DNA of 64,000 bases, taken from the NCBI GenBank assembly GCA_040767965.1, contig JAXGNR010000007.1, positions 64,001-128,000 on the forward strand, written 5' to 3'. This stretch comes from Atribacterota bacterium. Its GTDB lineage: Bacteria > Atribacterota > Phoenicimicrobiia > Phoenicimicrobiales > Stramentimicrobiaceae. The notes beneath the pieces are model-generated. The model made no database searches and was not told where the DNA came from. It saw only the letters and a list, made by a program, of their open reading frames with translations. The translations under genes and the position numbers were made by a program. Below are positions 1 through 9,848 of the stretch, piece by piece (the first letter of the stretch is position 1; each line of letters opens with the position of its first letter).

Positions 1-592
1 AAATTACCGGAACTTTCCAGACGCTTGCCATATTTAAAGCTTCATGGAAGTTACCATTATTTGAGGAACCATCTCCAAAAAATACAACACAGACTTTTTT
101 TTCACCAGAATATTTAATTCCAAGGCCAACCCCAGTACCAATTGGGATATGAGCTGATTGCACTCCGGATCTTCCCAGAATACCCAATTCATAACAACCA
201 AGATGAGGGCCGGCTTTTCCCTGGCAATAACCGGTTTTTTTCCCTAGTAATTCAGCAAGAAGATATTTGGGATCCATTCCTTTGCCAATAGCCCAGGCCC
301 ATCCCCTATGATAAGGAAGTATATAATCATCCTGGTTTAAAGCGGTGCAAGCTCCTATTGGGCCTGCTTCCTGCCCTAATGTGGAATGCTCTGAAATGGA
401 ATGTCCTTTATTTAGCATGGATTTTATTTTTTCATCAAACTGCCTTGTTCTTAACATATTTTGATACATCAGAACAAGTTTATCTTGTGGAATTTCTTTT
501 AACAATTCCTGTCTACTTATTTTCTTTTTTTCAATCTTTTCTTTTATTCTATATATTTCAACCTGATTTTCGTCATGAAAAGATACTTTCAT
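1..592 (-). CDS. Thiamine-diphosphate-dependent 2-oxoacid/acetoin dehydrogenase E1 alpha subunit (3' end runs off the window)
   Basis: Not in the ORF track; my translation from ATG 592 (SD GGGGTGA upstream) gives MKVSFHDEN...MLRTRQFDE...GQEA...YHRG...FFGDGSSNNGNFHEALNMASVWKVPVI, containing the GDG ThDP motif typical of E1 alpha. Confidence 0.9.
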   Translation of the reverse strand, partial: MKVSFHDENQVEIYRIKEKIEKKKISRQELLKEIPQDKLVLMYQNMLRTRQFDEKIKSMLNKGHSISEHSTLGQEAGPIGACTALNQDDYILPYHRGWAWAIGKGMDPKYLLAELLGKKTGYCQGKAGPHLGCYELGILGRSGVQSAHIPIGTGVGLGIKYSGEKKVCVVFFGDGSSNNGNFHEALNMASVWKVPVI

Positions 593-650
593 TTAACTTC
601 ACCCCTTAAGATTTTTAAATATAATTCCTTAAACCGTTTATTGGTTACAA

Positions 651-1358
651 TTAATTTTTTATCTTTTTTGTTTTTAATACTTTTTCAATATTTTGCAGAT
701 GATAATTTGTTTTTTCACGGGCAAGAAAAATATCTCGCTTCTTTATAGCATTTAAAATATCTTCATGTTCCTTTATTATCTCTGCTTTTCTTCCGGGAAC
801 CACAGAAGATTTCTGCCTAATAATTTCATACATGTATATTAACAACTCTTCAATTGCTGCAAAAAAAGTATTGTGACAAGCCTTGGATAAATTTATATGA
901 AATTGAAAATCGGCTTTTTTATCATTGGGATCTTCTCTAAGGCATTCGATATTTTCTTCGAGGCTAGAAATATCTTTTTCTGTTGCACGCTCACAAGCTA
1001 AACTGACTATAGCTATATCCATAATTCGTCTAAACTCCAGCAAATCACTGATTATATCTTGCTTATAAGATAGTTTTATGAGGTTGAGGAGTTTTTTTAT
1101 TTTATTAGCATCCCTGGCAAGGGTTTTTTTCCGACCCTGGGAGACTATTACTCCTAAAAATTCTAATATTGCCAGCCCTTCTCTCAAAGAACCTCTGCTA
1201 ACACCAAGCATTTCAGCCATTTTTATTTCTGCAGGTAACTCTTGGCCAATCTTAATATTGCCACAGGTAATTTCTCGAGACAAAGAATCTATTATTTTTT
1301 CAGGAATTTTAGGGTTATCTTCTATTTTTTTTAAAATTTTAGATTCTACCTTTCTCAT
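651..1358 (-). CDS. GntR/FadR-family transcriptional regulator
   Basis: N-terminal wHTH (LPAEIKMAEMLGVSRGSLREGL) and FCD domain (DFQFH...EHEDILNAI...HL). Confidence 0.93.
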   Translation of the reverse strand: MRKVESKILKKIEDNPKIPEKIIDSLSREITCGNIKIGQELPAEIKMAEMLGVSRGSLREGLAILEFLGVIVSQGRKKTLARDANKIKKLLNLIKLSYKQDIISDLLEFRRIMDIAIVSLACERATEKDISSLEENIECLREDPNDKKADFQFHINLSKACHNTFFAAIEELLIYMYEIIRQKSSVVPGRKAEIIKEHEDILNAIKKRDIFLAREKTNYHLQNIEKVLKTKKIKN

Positions 1359-1360
1359 TG

Positions 1361-1389
1361 TCAGATTGTTTGATTGTCTAACAATCTGA
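1361..1389. promoter_or_regulatory. Putative FadR-type operator (inverted repeat) directly upstream of the regulator start codon
   Basis: TCAGATTGTT-N9-AACAATCTGA perfect inverted repeat; contains TTGTCTAACAA, matching the TNGT-N(0-3)-ACNA FadR-subfamily pattern. Confidence 0.6.
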
Positions 1390-1482
1390 TTACATTTTTA
1401 ATATAATACACAATTCTTTATTTTGCAAATTTTTTACTATTATAAGTTTTATTGCTTTTGGTAAGATATAAGAATAATTGTA

Positions 1483-3144
1483 TTATTTAAAAACTGCCCC
1501 AGTACTGGCTGAGCTAACCTGTTTAGAATAAGTATTCAAAAAACTATTTTTTGACACTTTTAACTCTTTAGGTATCCATCTCTTTTTTCTTCTACTTAGT
1601 TCTTCTGCAGATACTTTTAACTCTAAAGTCCTATTTGGAATATTTATCTCAACAATGTCTCCTTCTTCTATTAGAGCAATAGTACCGCCCGCTGCGGCTT
1701 CTGGTGAAACATGTCCAATACAAGGTCCTCTGGTAGCACCGGAATAACGTCCATCAGTAATCATAGCTACCGAATCACCTAATCCTGAGCCTACTAAAAT
1801 AGCAGCAGGTATAGAGAGCTCCCTCATTCCTGGTCCTCCCTTTGGTCCTTCATATCTTATTATCAGCACATCACCTGGCTGCACTTTTCCAGCAAGCAGC
1901 AAATCTTTTACTTCCTCCTCGGAATTGGCTATTTTGGCAGGACCCGAATGTATCTGCATTTTTGGTACAACTCCACTTTGTTTTACTACAGCGCCCTCAG
2001 GTGCTAAATTACCAAACAGGACCGCTATTCCGCCTTGTGGTGCTAAAGGGTTTTCTAATGAATTAATAACATCTCCTGTTTCTAGTTTTATTTTAGCTAA
2101 ATTTTCTGCTAAGCTTTTCCCCGTAATAGTTATTCCTTCAGTATACAATAGCGGCTCCATGGCTTTTAGAAGCATTTGAACCCCACCAGCATCATCAAAA
2201 TCAGAAATGTTGTATTGGGAGGCTGGTTTAAATTTTGCCAGCAAAGGTGTTTCTTTACTGATTTTATCAAATAATTCAAGAGATAAATTATAATCTATCT
2301 GATCAGCAATTGCCAACAAATGCAAAATGGCATTAGTAGAGCCTCCTAAGGCCATTGTTACTTTAATTGCGTTATTAATTGCATCTCTGGAGATAATATC
2401 TGCTGCATTAATATTATCTCTTATTAATTGCACTATTTTTTCACCCGTTTCCTGGGCAACCTGAAACCTTCTGGAATCAACAGTTAGCATGGTAGCACTT
2501 CCAGGCAAAGAAAGGCCTATTGCTTCAACAATAGAACTCATAGTAAAGGCAGTTCCCATCATAGAACATGTGCCTCTTGTTGCACAGGTTGTTGCTTCTA
2601 TTTCATAAAATTCATCTTCTGATATAAAGCCAGCCTTGTATCTGCCCATGGCTTCTTTGATATCACATGTAACCAGATTATCATTGCCAATTTTTCTTGG
2701 AAGCATAGCACCGCCTGTCATAAAAATAGCAGGTAATTTCAAACGGGCTGCAGCCATTAGCATCCCGGGTACAATTTTGTCACAAGAACAAAGCATAACC
2801 ATCCCATCGAATTGATGAGCTTCGATCATCAGCTCCACAGAGGCTGCAATAATATCCCTGGAAGGCAGAATATAATGCATGCCTTCCCCTTGAGCTATTG
2901 CATCGCAAGGAGCAATAGTATTAAACTCAACCGGCATTCCTCCCCCAATATAGACACCTTCTCTTACATATCTGGCCAATTCTCTTAAAGGGTAATGAGC
3001 CGGATTTGTTTCACTAAAGGAATTAACAATAGCTACTTTTGGTTTAGACAAGCTTTTTTCACTGTAACCTACTGCCCTGTACATCGCCCTGGGGTAAGCA
3101 CCGGTAAGCCCTTCCATTAAATTTTCACTTCTTAATTTAGTCAT
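1483..3144 (-). CDS. ilvD: Dihydroxy-acid dehydratase (IlvD/Edd family)
   Basis: Motifs [46 protein letters not shown]; substrate may not be the branched-chain intermediate. Confidence 0.88.
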   Translation of the reverse strand: MTKLRSENLMEGLTGAYPRAMYRAVGYSEKSLSKPKVAIVNSFSETNPAHYPLRELARYVREGVYIGGGMPVEFNTIAPCDAIAQGEGMHYILPSRDIIAASVELMIEAHQFDGMVMLCSCDKIVPGMLMAAARLKLPAIFMTGGAMLPRKIGNDNLVTCDIKEAMGRYKAGFISEDEFYEIEATTCATRGTCSMMGTAFTMSSIVEAIGLSLPGSATMLTVDSRRFQVAQETGEKIVQLIRDNINAADIISRDAINNAIKVTMALGGSTNAILHLLAIADQIDYNLSLELFDKISKETPLLAKFKPASQYNISDFDDAGGVQMLLKAMEPLLYTEGITITGKSLAENLAKIKLETGDVINSLENPLAPQGGIAVLFGNLAPEGAVVKQSGVVPKMQIHSGPAKIANSEEEVKDLLLAGKVQPGDVLIIRYEGPKGGPGMRELSIPAAILVGSGLGDSVAMITDGRYSGATRGPCIGHVSPEAAAGGTIALIEEGDIVEINIPNRTLELKVSAEELSRRKKRWIPKELKVSKNSFLNTYSKQVSSASTGAVFK

Positions 3145-3235
3145 AATTCCTTTTCTCTCTTTTCTTGATATGTCTTTAATTTTTTAATAACATACAATCA
3201 TAATTTCACACAAAACAAAAACAGACAACAGTAAT

Positions 3236-4126
3236 CTAACAATTGTTTTCTCTAAATTTTACATCAAGCAATTCTTCGAATATTTTTATCATGGAACTTT
3301 TATCTGCATTCTCATAACCTTTTAATAGTGCCATTTGATAGGTAGATGTTGCCGCATGCAGGATCGGGAGAGGAATACAGTGTTCAGCAGATATTTCTGC
3401 TCCGCTCACTAAATCTTTATAGGCATTTCCCATTGTATATGCTCCTTTAAACTCATTGCCAAGAATCCGTGAAATAAAAAATTCTGATGCGTAACTCCTT
3501 CCTGATCCGTTATTAACCACCTTGCCCACTTTTGCAGGTTCAAGTCCTAACTTGATTGCCATTGGTAGAATTTCTGCTAATGCAGCTACATTTATATCAT
3601 ATAATAATTGATTAATAAGCTTTGTTAGCTGCCCCTTACCTGATTCTCCCATATATAATATTTCATTTCCTATATCTTTAAGAAGAGGATTGATTTTTTC
3701 AAATACATTCTTATCTCCTCCTCCCATTATTGTCAAGGTAGCATTAATAGCCCCTGCCTCTCCTCCAGATACCGGGGCATCAATAAATGATATACCCTCT
3801 TTTCCTAACCTTTCAGCAATTTCTATGGTACCGTTATAAGTAATTGTACTCAAATCTACAATTATCTTTGCTTTTATAGAGCATTCTAAAAGACCTTTGT
3901 TTCCAAAAATTACTTCTTTTACTATTTTAGTATTTGGTAAACTTAAAAAAATGATATCAACTTGCGCAATATCAAAAAAATTGGTAGTAGTTTGTATTCC
4001 CTTTTTAGAAAATTCATTAAAGTTATCAGTGCACACATCACAAACTATTAATTTTTCATTTCTTTTTGAAAGATTCATCGCTATATGTTTTCCCATTTGG
4101 CCTAATCCAATGAATCCTATTTTCAT
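3236..4126 (-). CDS. NAD(P)-dependent beta-hydroxyacid dehydrogenase (GarR/3-hydroxyisobutyrate dehydrogenase family)
   Basis: IGFIGLGQMG Rossmann motif, DAPVSGG substrate motif, catalytic KLINQ. Confidence 0.9.
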   Translation of the reverse strand: MKIGFIGLGQMGKHIAMNLSKRNEKLIVCDVCTDNFNEFSKKGIQTTTNFFDIAQVDIIFLSLPNTKIVKEVIFGNKGLLECSIKAKIIVDLSTITYNGTIEIAERLGKEGISFIDAPVSGGEAGAINATLTIMGGGDKNVFEKINPLLKDIGNEILYMGESGKGQLTKLINQLLYDINVAALAEILPMAIKLGLEPAKVGKVVNNGSGRSYASEFFISRILGNEFKGAYTMGNAYKDLVSGAEISAEHCIPLPILHAATSTYQMALLKGYENADKSSMIKIFEELLDVKFRENNC

Positions 4127-4158
4127 ATATAAACCCTCCCTTTATTTAAAAATATTGT

Positions 4159-4188
4159 TTATTTACAATTATTTACAATTATTTACAA
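4159..4188. repeat. Three tandem 10-bp direct repeats (TTATTTACAA) in a divergent promoter region
   Basis: TTATTTACAA x3 read directly, about 30 bp upstream of the start at 4126. Confidence 0.75.
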
Positions 4189-4506
4189 AAAAGTTATTTT
4201 TTCTATAAAACTATAATTTTAAATTTTTAATTTTTTCAATTTATTTATAATAAAATCTAATCAGAATTATCCAGGCGAACTGAAATATTTATAATGAAAA
4301 AACAAATTATTTTTATTATAGGCTAATCTTTTTTAGATTGGAAGAAAAGAAATGCTCTTTTTATTTTTTATTTATAATCATTTTTATAAAAATACCTAAA
4401 AAATAGAATTAAAAATTTGCTAATGTGATTCTATTTATTATAATAAGTAGAGAGACTGTATGTATTTTAGTAAAATAAGCTTTTATAAAAATAGGAGGAA
4501 TTAATT

Positions 4507-5403
4507 TTGCAGAAAATAAAATTAAATGGTATTTACCCACCAATAGTTACCCCTTTTATAAACGAAAAAGTGGAGTATAACTATTTATCTGAAAATATGG
4601 ATAAACTAAACAAAAGTGGGATTTCCGGGGTAGTCGTACTTGGCTCTAATGGAGAAAATGTTTATCTTTCAGAAAAGGAAAAAATTGAGGTTGTAAAAAA
4701 AGTCATTGAAAAAGCAGCAAAAAATATGAAAATAATTGTTGGCTCCGGCTGTGAATCAACTCAGGAGACAATTAGCCTGACAAATAATCTGGCAGAATTA
4801 GGCGCTCATGCAGCTTTAATAGTAACTCCTTTTTACTACAAGAACAAAATGAATGATGAAGCATTAATTAATTATTATACTACAGTAGCAGATAAATCTA
4901 TTATTCCAATTATGCTTTATAATGTACCGAAGTTTACAGGAGTTAATATAAGTGAAAAAGTTGTATCCGTTTTATCAAAACATCCTAATGTTGTCGGGAT
5001 AAAAGATAGTACTGGAAATGTAAATCAGCTTGGGCAATATCTAAATCAGGTTGATGATGATTTCAACGTTTTGGTAGGAACTGCCGGTTCTTTGCTAGGA
5101 GCATTGGTTCTGGGATGTCAGGGTGGTATATTGGCTCTGGCTAATATTGTCCCTGAAATATGCGTTCAGATTGAAAAGCTTGTTCGGGAAGGTAATATTA
5201 ACGAGGCTAAAGAATTACAATTACGAATGATTCCTGTTAATGGAGCTGTAACTGCAAAATATGGCATAAGCGGATTAAAATATGCAATGGATTTATTGGG
5301 ATACAAAGGTGGAGATGTTAGATCACCATTGCTTCCATTAAAAGAAGATGAAAAACAAGGCCTTATAAATATTCTGAAAAAAGCAAATTTAAAAATCGGA
5401 TAA
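4507..5403 (+). CDS. DHDPS/NAL-family aldolase, 4-hydroxy-2-oxoglutarate aldolase-like
   Basis: PPIVTPF, GSNGE (not GTTGE), YNVP, Schiff-base GIKDS; TTG start with AGGAGG SD. Confidence 0.85.
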   Translation: MQKIKLNGIYPPIVTPFINEKVEYNYLSENMDKLNKSGISGVVVLGSNGENVYLSEKEKIEVVKKVIEKAAKNMKIIVGSGCESTQETISLTNNLAELGAHAALIVTPFYYKNKMNDEALINYYTTVADKSIIPIMLYNVPKFTGVNISEKVVSVLSKHPNVVGIKDSTGNVNQLGQYLNQVDDDFNVLVGTAGSLLGALVLGCQGGILALANIVPEICVQIEKLVREGNINEAKELQLRMIPVNGAVTAKYGISGLKYAMDLLGYKGGDVRSPLLPLKEDEKQGLINILKKANLKIG

Positions 5404-5470
5404 TTACTAATTAGGATAATTATTAAATAATTATTTTATGATAAAAAATTAAATTTAAAAGAGGAAATAA

Positions 5471-7447
5471 TCAATACTTAATAAAATCTGTATTTTTTAT
5501 TTCCTCTTTTCTTATAGTCAGCTCTTCCCATTTTTCAACCAGATTGTCTAGTTTATTAGTTATCTTGTGTAATTCTATTTTAGATTGCTTTATTTTTTCA
5601 GGATTTTTAAATATTTCTATTTGGCACAATTTTTTTTCAAGATTAATTTTCTTCTCTTCTAGTGAAGTTATCTGTTCTTCAATAGGGGTTAGCTCTTTTT
5701 CTATAACTGTCATAAGTTGATATTTTTTATTTCTCTGTTCAGCTTCAAATTTTCTTTGTTTTTTATCCAATATGCTCTTTTTTGTATCAGTATTCTTTTT
5801 AGAGTCCCTGTCAATCATTTGATGGGATTCAGCTAGAAAAGACTTTCTTTTTTGAACAAAATAAGAATAATTACCATGATAAATATTTATTTTTCCTTCT
5901 TTTATTTCTACCACTTTATCGGCAAGCTGATCGAGAAAAAATCGATCATGAGAAACAATTAAAATAGTACCATTGTATTTTTTTAAAGCTTGATGGAAAA
6001 TATTTTTTGTATTAATGTCAAGATGATTTCCAGGCTCATCCAAAATAAGCAAGTTTGACTCTTCTAATAATAGTTTAGCTAATGATAATCTGGATTTTTC
6101 TCCCCCGGACAATTGCTTTACTAGCTTGTATATTTCATCACCTGAAAATAAAAAAGACCCTAAAAGATCTCTTTTTTCTTGATCTGTTAATTTATGGCCA
6201 TTGTTACTGATTTCATCCCAAACGGTATTTTCATAATTAAGATTTTGGGAACTCTCCTGAGAAAAATAGGCTATTTTAACATTATGTCCCCATTTTATCT
6301 TTCCTTTCAATGGAGCTTCTGTTCCACTGATAATTCTTAACAAGGTTGATTTGCCTGCCCCATTAACCCCGGTTAAGGCTACTTTCTCTCCTCTGTTAAT
6401 TACCAAATCAATATTTTTCAAAACAGTAATATTTTCATATCCGTGATTAATATTCTCTAAATTAACTACTTCTCTTCCACTTCTAGGAATATTAATAAAT
6501 CTTATATTAATATTTTTTGAAATATTTTTTAAATCCTGTGTATTTTGAGGACTTAATTTCTCCAAAGTTTTTACCCTACTTTGTACCTGTGTTGCCTTAG
6601 TTGCTTTATATCGAAAACGTTCAATAAATTTTTCTAAATGCTCTTTTTCTTCAATTAAATGCTTTTGCTGTTTTAGTTTAATTTCCTTTTGTTTTTCCCT
6701 TTCAGTTAAATAAAAACTATAATTACCTTTGTAAATTGTAATATTTTGCCCGGCTACCTCAACAGTTTCTTCAACTACTTTGTCTAGAAAATAATGGTCA
6801 TGAGAAATCACTATCAAATTTCCTTTATAATTTAATAGCCAATCCTCCAGCCATTCCAGACTTTCGCTATCCAGATGATTTGTTGGCTCATCAAGTAACA
6901 ATATATCAGGTAAACTTAGCAATAAGCCTGCCAAAACCACCCTCATTTTCCAGCCACCAGAAAAAGATGAGCATGGCTGTAGCCAATCTTTTTCTTTGAA
7001 TCCTAACCCTAGAATAATACTTTTTGCTCTTGACTCAAAACTGTATCCGCCTTTAATTTCAAATTCGTGAAAATATTTTTCATATTTTTCGGCAATTTTA
7101 TGGAAATGGGCATTTTCAACATTTGTTTTGGTTAACATTTCCTGGTATTTTTCTATTTTCTTTTTTAGCTGGACAATTCCTGATTTTTCTTCAAGATATT
7201 CTTTTAAAAGATAATCAGAAAGATCTGTTAGGTCTTGAGAAAGATATCCAAAGCTGTGTTTTTTCGGTAAAATAACATGACCTTCGTCTGGTTCATGCTG
7301 TCCTATGATAATTTTTAATAAAGTAGTTTTGCCTACTCCATTATAACCAACCAGCCCAATTCTTTTACCTAAGGGAATTTCCCAGTTTAAATCCTGAAAT
7401 AATGTTTTTTCAGGAAAGGAAACTTTAATATTTTCTAATTTAATCAT
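5471..7447 (-). CDS. ABC-F family ATP-binding protein
   Basis: Two NBDs (GYNGVGKTT, FSGGW, LLDEPTNHLD; GVNGAGKST, LSGGE), interdomain linker, C-terminal coiled coil, no TM segments. Confidence 0.93.
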   Translation of the reverse strand: MIKLENIKVSFPEKTLFQDLNWEIPLGKRIGLVGYNGVGKTTLLKIIIGQHEPDEGHVILPKKHSFGYLSQDLTDLSDYLLKEYLEEKSGIVQLKKKIEKYQEMLTKTNVENAHFHKIAEKYEKYFHEFEIKGGYSFESRAKSIILGLGFKEKDWLQPCSSFSGGWKMRVVLAGLLLSLPDILLLDEPTNHLDSESLEWLEDWLLNYKGNLIVISHDHYFLDKVVEETVEVAGQNITIYKGNYSFYLTEREKQKEIKLKQQKHLIEEKEHLEKFIERFRYKATKATQVQSRVKTLEKLSPQNTQDLKNISKNINIRFINIPRSGREVVNLENINHGYENITVLKNIDLVINRGEKVALTGVNGAGKSTLLRIISGTEAPLKGKIKWGHNVKIAYFSQESSQNLNYENTVWDEISNNGHKLTDQEKRDLLGSFLFSGDEIYKLVKQLSGGEKSRLSLAKLLLEESNLLILDEPGNHLDINTKNIFHQALKKYNGTILIVSHDRFFLDQLADKVVEIKEGKINIYHGNYSYFVQKRKSFLAESHQMIDRDSKKNTDTKKSILDKKQRKFEAEQRNKKYQLMTVIEKELTPIEEQITSLEEKKINLEKKLCQIEIFKNPEKIKQSKIELHKITNKLDNLVEKWEELTIRKEEIKNTDFIKY

Positions 7448-7669
7448 AATTTAATAACAATCTATATATTTGTCTCGTATTTTTCTTTGCAGGTTACTGT
7501 TTGAAATTTCTTTTTTTATGGTTATTCCAATATATAATTAGTGATTAATAGTTTTTATATTCATTAATAATATATTAATGACTGGTAAAAATCTAATAAA
7601 ACTAAAATGAATTCATTAATTATTTAAATATTTTTTGACTTTTTAATATTAAAATTAAATTTGTCAACA

Positions 7670-7726
7670 ATAAAACAAACTGAGAAGAAAATTTCTAATT
7701 AGAAAATATTTCTCAGTTTGTTTTAT
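7670..7726 (-). terminator. Intrinsic terminator after tctA (cluster 1)
   Basis: ATAAAACAAACTGAGAA...TTCTCAGTTTGTTTTAT inverted repeat about 40 bp downstream of the stop. Confidence 0.7.
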
Positions 7727-7764
7727 CTATTGCTATAATGTCTAGATATATATAACAATTTAAG

Positions 7765-9258
7765 TTATTTACTTTTTTTTCTTACAGTGAAGTCCTTATA
7801 AAGAGCAGAACCAATCGATAAAAGAGCTATTAAAAAAAGAATTACAGAAAGAGGATTTTTAAAAAACCCCAATACATTACCTCTATTTATTAATAATGTC
7901 TGCCTCATTCCCAACTCTGCCATCTTTGCTAGTATTAATGCTATAACCATAGGCGCAACCGGAAATTTATATCTAATCATTAAATATCCAATCAATCCAA
8001 AAACAAACATCAACATAACATCGAACATGCTTTGGTCAATTGCATATGCACCAATCGTGCTTAATACAACTATAAATGGTGCAATAATTTGTCTTTTTAT
8101 TCTTGTAATATAAACTCCCGCTTTGGAAAAAAGATAACCGAAAAATAACATGAATACATTTGCAACAAATATAGAAAATATTATTGTGTAAGTAAGACCA
8201 CCAAACTCAGTAATAAATCTAGGACCAGGCCTTAATCCATGAAAAATCAACCCACTTAACAGTATTGCAGTAACCGAACTACCGGGAATTCCTAATACTA
8301 ATGTCGGAATTAAAGCTGAGCCTGTAACTGCATTATTTGCAGCTTCTGCAGCAATAACTCCTTCGGGTATGCCAGTTCCAAACAACTCAGGCGTTTTAGA
8401 AGCTCTCTTGGCCTCATTATACCCTACCCAACAGGCAATACCACCACCTGTTCCAGGAATTGCTCCTATTATCGAGCCAATTATTGAAGATCTGATTAAA
8501 GTAGTTTTATATTTTAACAATTCAGATATTTTAGGGAATAACCTTCCTGAAATTATTGAGCTAGAAGTAGAATTATCCTCTTCATTCTGCTCTAATAGTT
8601 TTAAAGCTTGCGATATAGAAAAAACACCAATCAGAATTACTACTAACGGGATCCCGTCCAGTAAGCTCATACTGCCAAAAGTAAACCTAGAAATACCTGT
8701 CATAAAATCCATCCCCACTGTGGCTAGAAAAAGTCCAATACTGCCTGAAATTAAACCTTTGACCCATTCATCTGAGGCAAGAGTTGCAATGAGCGTTAAT
8801 CCTAATAAAGCCAGAATAAAATATTCTGCAGGCCCAAAAAGGTAGCTAATATTTGCCAAAAGAGGAGCAACAAAAAGTAAAACAATTGCACTAAATATTC
8901 CTCCAACAAAAGAAGAGGTAACAGAATATCCCAGGGCTATCCCTGCTTCACCTTTCAAAGTCATCGGATATCCGTCTTCACAAGTGGCAGCTGCTGCTGG
9001 AGTTCCTGGGGTATGAATTAAAATTGCCGATATTGACCCTCCATACATTCCGCCACAATAAAGAGCTATTAGCATCGGAATCCCAACACCTGGATCCATA
9101 CCGAAAGTCAAGGGGAGCAATAGGGCAACCCCCATCGTTGCAGACAAGCCAGGTAGAGCACCGATAAATATACCAATAACCATACCAAATGCAATGGTTA
9201 GCAAGCTCATTAAGTCAAATACATTTCTAATTCCTTCCAACATTAATTCAAAGTTCAT
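7765..9258 (-). CDS. tctA: Tripartite tricarboxylate transporter large membrane subunit TctA
   Basis: GALPGL, YGGSISAILIHTPGTPAA...DGYPM, EAANNA, LGIPG motifs; about 12 TM helices. Confidence 0.93.
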   Translation of the reverse strand: MNFELMLEGIRNVFDLMSLLTIAFGMVIGIFIGALPGLSATMGVALLLPLTFGMDPGVGIPMLIALYCGGMYGGSISAILIHTPGTPAAAATCEDGYPMTLKGEAGIALGYSVTSSFVGGIFSAIVLLFVAPLLANISYLFGPAEYFILALLGLTLIATLASDEWVKGLISGSIGLFLATVGMDFMTGISRFTFGSMSLLDGIPLVVILIGVFSISQALKLLEQNEEDNSTSSSIISGRLFPKISELLKYKTTLIRSSIIGSIIGAIPGTGGGIACWVGYNEAKRASKTPELFGTGIPEGVIAAEAANNAVTGSALIPTLVLGIPGSSVTAILLSGLIFHGLRPGPRFITEFGGLTYTIIFSIFVANVFMLFFGYLFSKAGVYITRIKRQIIAPFIVVLSTIGAYAIDQSMFDVMLMFVFGLIGYLMIRYKFPVAPMVIALILAKMAELGMRQTLLINRGNVLGFFKNPLSVILFLIALLSIGSALYKDFTVRKKSK

Positions 9259-9277
9259 CAGATTATCTCCTTATATA

Positions 9278-9718
9278 TTAGCTAAAAAAAATACCCATAG
9301 GAACCTTTAACCTTAAAAATACACTAAATGTAAAATACAAAAAAACAACAAAAAGAATCGGGACTCCTAATATAACTACCTTATCCTTTACTCCAATATA
9401 TAGTAATACTACTATTATAAATAATAAGCTACTTACATATAGTCCCAGGAAATTGATTGACAATATATAACCAGTTATCATTAAAATAAAAATAATAACT
9501 CTCAATAAAGATTCTTTGGATAAGGACTGAATACTAACACTCTTCTTTTCTTTGGTAAACCTGTCCTTTATAACCATAAAAATACTAAAAATTATTATCA
9601 GACTTAGTGAAAATCTTGGTAATGCAGCTGGGCTGGGATCCCATCTTAATGTTTGGTTATAGAAAAAAATGGACAATAATATAAAACAAGTTGCAAATAT
9701 CAAATTTGCCTTTTTCAA
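9278..9718 (-). CDS. tctB: Tripartite tricarboxylate transporter small subunit TctB
   Basis: 4-TM protein between tctC and tctA; C-terminal F..FL...P.G pattern. Confidence 0.85.
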   Translation of the reverse strand: MKKANLIFATCFILLSIFFYNQTLRWDPSPAALPRFSLSLIIIFSIFMVIKDRFTKEKKSVSIQSLSKESLLRVIIFILMITGYILSINFLGLYVSSLLFIIVVLLYIGVKDKVVILGVPILFVVFLYFTFSVFLRLKVPMGIFFS

Positions 9719-9737
9719 AATTATTTTCTCCTTTTCC

Positions 9738-9782
9738 TAACCAGGGCAGTAAAGGGGTTTAAACCCTTTACTGCCCTGGTTA
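9738..9782 (-). other. Strong GC-rich intercistronic stem-loop between tctC and tctB
   Basis: TAACCAGGGCAGTAAAGGG...CCCTTTACTGCCCTGGTTA perfect 19-bp stem; no U-tract follows on the coding strand; sits just before the tctB SD. Confidence 0.8.
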
Positions 9783-9848
9783 TTTATATATTTAATTCAC
9801 TAAAATCATTATAAAATTCAAGTTATGATTAAAATTAAATATTAAAAT

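Noticed and set aside
1483-5403. Sulfoglycolytic Entner-Doudoroff pathway
   Set aside because: The reductase has DAPVSGG, not the PVGRT motif of sulfolactaldehyde reductase YihU, and no sulfoquinovosidase is present
5471-7447. Antibiotic-resistance ABC-F
   Set aside because: Architecture with a C-terminal coiled coil fits housekeeping YdiF/YheS-like ABC-F; no leader attenuator or mobile context seen
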